This document shows, piece by piece, positions 16,755 through 21,085 of a DNA stretch of 21,085 nt. The translations under genes and the position numbers were made by a program. Location: the IMG/VR virus record IMGVR_UViG_3300042516_003420; one strand, written 5' to 3'. Numbering within the stretch: the stretch's first letter is position 1; each line of letters begins with the position of its first letter. The notes below the pieces were generated by a model. The model did not search any database. It was not told where the DNA came from and saw only the letters and a list, made by a program, of their open reading frames with translations. This DNA comes from an uncultured virus (IMG/VR IMGVR_UViG_3300042516_003420) (taxonomy: Duplodnaviria > Heunggongvirae > Uroviricota > Caudoviricetes).

Positions 16755-16952
16755 ATGGCGCTTTCAAATCAAGTAAAAGAAGCAGTCAAACTTGCGACCG
16801 ACAACCTTCGGGATGCTTTGGCATTTGCTGCACGAGCCGAACACCCTATTACCATCAATGCCATCTCTGATATTTTAATGCGCCTTGAATCACTAGAATG
16901 CATGGATGAATTGATGGAAAAGTTTGGACGGCCCCAAAGCCCGAGCTTATAA
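16755..16952 (+). CDS. Small helical hypothetical protein of a cyanophage-type family (65 aa)
   Basis: MALSNQVKEAV...LRDALAFAARAE, recalled from cyanophage hypotheticals; TATAGT 22 nt upstream. Confidence 0.75.
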   Translation: MALSNQVKEAVKLATDNLRDALAFAARAEHPITINAISDILMRLESLECMDELMEKFGRPQSPSL

Positions 16953-17040
16953 ATTACCAACGGAAGAAGAACGGCTAGAGAAATTCCTTGGCCAATTAGA
17001 TTCCGTTTTTCCTGGCCTGCCAAACCCATATGAACCGCGC

Positions 17041-17592
17041 ATGAAGGTTTATCCTTTAAGTTTTGATGGCGTCAAGCTAATCACAGTTGATCGTTACGAA
17101 GATCAGCGCGGAACGTTTTCAGACCACTGGCACGAGATCAAACATAAGGAGATCTTTGGCGACGTTACGTTCAAGCAAGATTCTTATGTGATCTCAAACC
17201 GTGGTGTGATTCGTGGCCTGCACTACCAGATCCCACCTCATGACCAGGGGAAATTGGTGCGTTGCATCCGTGGCAGCATCCAAGATGTTGTGGTTGATCT
17301 GCGCAAAAGCTCCGAAACATTTGGGCACTGGTTGCAGGTCAGGCTTGATGGAGACATCAGGCACCAGGATATGTTGTGGATCCCACCTGGCCTTGCCCAT
17401 GGGTATTGCGTTCTTGGTGATCGAGCAGATGTGCTGTACAAGATGACGCAAGTGCATGATGTTGAGCACGAGCGTACACTGCTCTGGAACGATAAAGACC
17501 TAGATATACCTTGGGAAAAAGCAAGGGTACCAATCCTTTCAGACAAAGATAAAAAGGGAACTCCGTTTAAACAAGCTGATCTTTTTGACTAA
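17041..17592 (+). CDS. rmlC: dTDP-4-dehydrorhamnose 3,5-epimerase family (frame is open upstream to TTG 16924)
   Basis: DQRGTF, RGLHYQ, QGKLVRC, VVVDLRK, LWIPPGLAHG and LSDKD. Confidence 0.92.
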   Translation: MKVYPLSFDGVKLITVDRYEDQRGTFSDHWHEIKHKEIFGDVTFKQDSYVISNRGVIRGLHYQIPPHDQGKLVRCIRGSIQDVVVDLRKSSETFGHWLQVRLDGDIRHQDMLWIPPGLAHGYCVLGDRADVLYKMTQVHDVEHERTLLWNDKDLDIPWEKARVPILSDKDKKGTPFKQADLFD

Positions 17593-17601
17593 TATAAACA
17601 C

Positions 17602-18573
17602 ATGGAAAAAATTCTTGTCACCGGCGGTGCCGGTTTTATTGGACGGCATTTGATTAAGCGCCTGTTAACCACAACAGATGCGATGATCTACAGCTTTGAC
17701 AAGTTGGGATATGCCAGTAATGCAGCAGAGTTGAATACCTATCCTGATGCGCATAATCGCTACCAGCTGTTGCCGTACAACCTGGTAGACGAGGGTACTA
17801 TTGAAGAATGGATTAAGATCCTGCAACCCAGCAAAATCTTTCATCTAGCCGCTGAAAGCCACGTAGACAATTCCATTCGTTCACCAAAAGATTTCATCTA
17901 TAGCAATATTGTTGGAACATTTAATCTCCTGGAGGCATGCCGCATTTATCTTGAAGACCCGTTTAAGTTCTTACATGTCAGTACCGATGAAGTGTTTGGT
18001 TCTCTTCATCCAGACACTGTTGATACTTACTTCGTTGAGACAACACCCTATAACCCACGTTCCCCATACTCAGCCAGCAAAGCAGCCAGTGACCACCTTG
18101 TGATGGCCTGGTACAACACCTATAAGTTTCCGGCGGTCATTACAAATTGCAGCAATAACTACGGTCCTGGACAGCATCCAGAGAAGTTGATACCCATGAC
18201 TATTACCAATGCATTGAAGGGGGAGAAGATTACGATCCATGGAAAAGGAGGTAACATCCGTGACTGGCTTCATGTTGAAGATCATATTGATGCTCTTCTT
18301 CTTGTTATGAAGAAAGGTGTGATCGGTCAGCAGTATTGCATTGGAGGAGACGGAGAAAAAACCAACATGGAAGTTGTCACAACCATCTGTCAACTGCTGG
18401 ATGAACTACGACCAGAGCATGCTCCCCATAGCCAACTAATCAAACATGTCAAGGATCGTCCTGGTAATGACCTGAAGTATGCCATTGATCCAACTAAGAT
18501 TAGGAATCTTGGCTGGAACGCCAAGATTAATTTTGAAACAGGATTAAAGAAATTGATTGAGGGTTACTTATAA
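17602..18573 (+). CDS. rmlB: dTDP-glucose 4,6-dehydratase
   Basis: VTGGAGFIG, HLAAESHVD, HVSTDEVFG, PYSASKA, NCSNNYGP and DRPGND. Confidence 0.95.
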   Translation: MEKILVTGGAGFIGRHLIKRLLTTTDAMIYSFDKLGYASNAAELNTYPDAHNRYQLLPYNLVDEGTIEEWIKILQPSKIFHLAAESHVDNSIRSPKDFIYSNIVGTFNLLEACRIYLEDPFKFLHVSTDEVFGSLHPDTVDTYFVETTPYNPRSPYSASKAASDHLVMAWYNTYKFPAVITNCSNNYGPGQHPEKLIPMTITNALKGEKITIHGKGGNIRDWLHVEDHIDALLLVMKKGVIGQQYCIGGDGEKTNMEVVTTICQLLDELRPEHAPHSQLIKHVKDRPGNDLKYAIDPTKIRNLGWNAKINFETGLKKLIEGYL

Positions 18574-18593
18574 TAAAGAAAAACATTAGTTTT

Positions 18594-18878
18594 GTGTCGC
18601 AAGATAATAGTAAATATACAAAGCCTGGTTTACGCGAGAACATTAAAGATCGCGTGATGTCCGGATCGAAAGGTGGTAAGCCGGGTCAGTGGTCTGCACG
18701 CAAGGCCCAGCTTGTTGCTCAAGAGTATGAGAAAGCAGGTGGGGGATATAAGGGAGGCAAGGGAGAGAAACAAAAGTCCCTGGAAAAGTGGGGCAAAGAG
18801 AAGTGGATGACCAAGGATGAGTATGAAAAACGCAGTAAAGCTAAAGCTGTTGCCAAGAAATATCAGGAAAACAAATAA
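18594..18878 (+). CDS. Basic protein, N-terminal half of a DUF5872-like family
   Basis: KYTKPGLRE...KGGKPGQWSARKAQL...GGGY...SLEKWGKEKWMTK; TATAAT at 18569-18574. Confidence 0.8.
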   Translation: MSQDNSKYTKPGLRENIKDRVMSGSKGGKPGQWSARKAQLVAQEYEKAGGGYKGGKGEKQKSLEKWGKEKWMTKDEYEKRSKAKAVAKKYQENK

Positions 18879-18894
18879 ACGGTAATTATCAACA

Positions 18895-19998
18895 ATGGAA
18901 CTATTTCAACGTTTTCTTAATGCATATAGACAAGCGGATAAAAAGCTTGGAGGTTTTTTACCTGGCGGGGGGACGGGTAATCCTTTAAGTAATGTAGTAA
19001 AACAAATTAATCCTTCAGAGGTTGCGGCTTTTTACGGAGCCAATACCTTAAATATAGCGCGCAGGCAAGCAACGAAAGCCTTAAAGTCCCGCATTAATTC
19101 TTCGCCAGAAACCACAACCTTACGGCAATTACCTGGTTTGATGGACGCAGCCTCAAAGCGTATGGCATCTGCCGGTTATCCAGGTGCTTGGAGTCCGTTT
19201 GTACCTGGCTATGAAACAGGAGAAGTACGCGGAGGGCGAGCAGGGACAAAAATTGATTTGCAAGGAGGCATTGCAGATTTATTTGGTGGACCTGCGTTTA
19301 GTAATGTCAATCCTTTAATGGGAGTTGAAGAGCCTACTGTTTACGCAACAACCAAAACACCTGGATGGGTAATAGCTCATGAATTGGGGCATGCTGTTGA
19401 TGCCATAAAACGTCCTTATGATTATGCTCTTCCAAGAGAATATGATCTTACGGGTGGTGATAAAGAGCTTATGAAAGGTGTAGAAAAATTTTCAGCCAGA
19501 GACGCAATTCGTACGGCTAGCCCAGGGGCCTTGGTAGTCAGTGCCGGAAGTTTAAAAAATAACGACGACAAATCATTATTGAGTGCTGGTTTTGAAGGTG
19601 CTCTAGGAGGACTCGGAGCCAATCAACAGGTTTTGCGGAAAGAAATTATGGCAGATCGTTTTGGAATCCCTATTGCAAAAGAAGCAGGAGTTCCCTGGAG
19701 CACACGAGGAAATGCACTGGCAAAAAGTACTTATGTATTAGGCGCAACAACCCCAGGTTTTGCTCAAGGCGTAATTGGAGAATTGCTTAACAGAGGTGTT
19801 AATGTCCTTACTGGTTTGGCCGGAGCAGGTATGCGTGCAGCACAAGGGAACCGATTAAATAAAACGGAAGCTGCACTAGCAAAATATGGATACAACCCTG
19901 GGCAGTACAGCATGACACCAGCAGGAAATGAAATAAAAATTGGAAAAAGAAATGAAGCAGAAAAAGCCCTTTATAATTTTATTAATAATTTAAGATAA
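18895..19998 (+). CDS. Gly/Ala-rich protein with a zinc metallopeptidase motif (367 aa)
   Basis: WVIAHELGHAVD (HExxH) and a downstream EIMAD (ExxAD third-ligand pattern as in M48-like peptidases). Confidence 0.7.
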   Translation: MELFQRFLNAYRQADKKLGGFLPGGGTGNPLSNVVKQINPSEVAAFYGANTLNIARRQATKALKSRINSSPETTTLRQLPGLMDAASKRMASAGYPGAWSPFVPGYETGEVRGGRAGTKIDLQGGIADLFGGPAFSNVNPLMGVEEPTVYATTKTPGWVIAHELGHAVDAIKRPYDYALPREYDLTGGDKELMKGVEKFSARDAIRTASPGALVVSAGSLKNNDDKSLLSAGFEGALGGLGANQQVLRKEIMADRFGIPIAKEAGVPWSTRGNALAKSTYVLGATTPGFAQGVIGELLNRGVNVLTGLAGAGMRAAQGNRLNKTEAALAKYGYNPGQYSMTPAGNEIKIGKRNEAEKALYNFINNLR

Positions 19999-20204
19999 TG
20001 GCAGACAGGGCTATACAAAAGGGATATACAAAGCGGTACCTACCGGAAAGCGCCTGGGCCTCACTGTCAAAAGAAGAACGTCAGGAGACCGACCAAAAGA
20101 AACGCACTGGTAGCCAAAAAGGAAAACAGTTTGTTCCCAATACAGAAGCAGCGGAAAAAGCTGGACGTGCGGCGCGTGCAGCCAAGCGTTACAAAAACAA
20201 ATAA
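19998..20204 (+). CDS. Basic protein, C-terminal half of a DUF5872-like family
   Basis: KRYLPESAWASLSKEE...TDQKKR...GKQFVPNT; TAATG coupling to the upstream gene. Confidence 0.8.
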   Translation: MADRAIQKGYTKRYLPESAWASLSKEERQETDQKKRTGSQKGKQFVPNTEAAEKAGRAARAAKRYKNK

Positions 20205-20237
20205 CCCACTTATACTTAATAAAGATTCCTGATTATC

Positions 20238-20387
20238 ATGGAAAAGAAAAAGCCTGTTCCCCCCAAGAAAGCTGTGCCTCCCACCAAGGGAAAAGGTGGC
20301 GCATCTGCCAAGCAAACCGAGGCTCGCGATAAGTTCAAAGAGATGATTGCCAAGAAAAAAGAAGCTGCTGCCAAAAAGAAAAAGTGA
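20238..20387 (+). CDS. Lys/Ala/Pro-rich small basic protein (49 aa)
   Basis: Not in the track. MEKKKPVPPKKAVPPTKGKGGASAKQTEARDKFKEMIAKKKEAAAKKKK; TATACT at 20211-20216. Confidence 0.8.
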   Translation: MEKKKPVPPKKAVPPTKGKGGASAKQTEARDKFKEMIAKKKEAAAKKKK

Positions 20388-20410
20388 CGCTCTTGTTGTG
20401 ATATCCTGAC

Positions 20411-20526
20411 AGCGGAGCAATTCCGCTCTAAGGGTAATAGTCGAAACCCTTTCCACGTTACGAATGTAGTGTTCCCGAAGGAGCGGTAAGGAAGCTATGA
20501 TCCCGGTATAACAACCGGGATTTTTT
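20411..20526 (+). ncRNA. Candidate structured small RNA or leader/attenuator of about 115 nt
   Basis: Extended -10-like TGATATCCT (20399-20407), several hairpins, ends in an intrinsic terminator; no ORF on the + strand. Confidence 0.55.
20500..20526 (+). terminator. Rho-independent terminator
   Basis: ATCCCGGT-ATAACA-ACCGGGAT followed by a T tract. Confidence 0.85.
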
Positions 20527-21085
20527 GTGACAACTCTTGTTGCCAACGTACCACCAACCAAAGTGTGGGTAAGGCGAGAGTACCTGCGCGACCTAAGGGA
20601 TGGCCATGGTGAATACACACCTGGTTATTGGGTGACCTGCAAATCACTAACAGGTCGTGCTCTGTATTTTGAAACGTACCTTACCGAGTATGGTGCGCTG
20701 TATGACAAGCTTCCCATCAGTGCATTCCTTGCCTGGAACCCAGATTATCCAGACAAACCCCAAGCACCTACGCCTGATCTGGAGCTGACTGATCTGCAGT
20801 TCTGGAACGGGTTTGATACAGGGCTTACGGTCATCGAAAAAAACTTGATCTATAACATGGAGTTCCAGGTGATGACACGTAGTGCAGGTGTAATGAAGGG
20901 CACATATCTATTTACGATTGACAATTATCATCCACATAGAAATGAACCGGATTTTTATTTTGCGGAATTTCCTGACGAGCATAAGTCCCACAACATTGTG
21001 GCTTTGGACAACGGTCAAATTGGCGCTTATCCCAACAATCGTTGTCGAATGGTTGATCCATCGCTCACCAACCACGACCTAAAGA
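20527..21085 (+). CDS. Conserved phage hypothetical protein, 3'-truncated
   Basis: Not in the track because it has no stop in the window. GTG start, MTTLVANVPPTKVWVRREYLRDLRDGHGE...YGALYDKLPISAF...HKSHN...NGQIGAYPNNR, open to the window end. Confidence 0.85.
   Translation, partial: MTTLVANVPPTKVWVRREYLRDLRDGHGEYTPGYWVTCKSLTGRALYFETYLTEYGALYDKLPISAFLAWNPDYPDKPQAPTPDLELTDLQFWNGFDTGLTVIEKNLIYNMEFQVMTRSAGVMKGTYLFTIDNYHPHRNEPDFYFAEFPDEHKSHNIVALDNGQIGAYPNNRCRMVDPSLTNHDLK

Noticed and set aside
18879..19997. Group I intron or intein interrupting the DUF5872-like gene
   Set aside because: The insert is almost entirely one ORF with no endonuclease motif and no room for a ribozyme core; both flanking halves have their own start and stop.
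20406..20455. Hammerhead ribozyme or tRNA (CTGA, GAAAC, TCGAA...CCA)
   Set aside because: The core reads CTGACAG rather than CUGANGA, the stems are in the wrong order, and no cloverleaf or acceptor stem forms.
20067..20618. 183-aa minus-strand ORF
   Set aside because: Antisense to three better-supported + strand genes and a + strand terminator; no motif.

Overview
Gene-dense fragment of a tailed dsDNA phage, very probably a cyanophage (it encodes an HLIP-like protein and a CP12-like peptide). Rightward late block (1-5152): end of a repeat-rich tail fibre with an S74 chaperone, an FkbM-type methyltransferase broken by one in-frame TGA, two glycosyltransferases and a two-domain endolysin. Leftward block (13342-5153): PD-(D/E)XK nuclease, primase-SF3 helicase, speD, an origin-like inverted-repeat region, a degenerate HNH protein, a GT4 glycosyltransferase, a mini-CP12, two overprinted ORFs and a holin-like gene. 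Rightward block (13388-end): hli, then a nucleotide-sugar cluster (GT, SDR, E1-type 3-dehydrase, RmlC, RmlB) that reads as a 3,6-dideoxy-L-hexose pathway, a split basic protein flanking a HExxH protein, a Lys-rich peptide, and a structured non-coding element with its own terminator. No tRNA, rRNA, CRISPR array or transposase was seen. All family calls are from motif recognition by eye, not from database searches.
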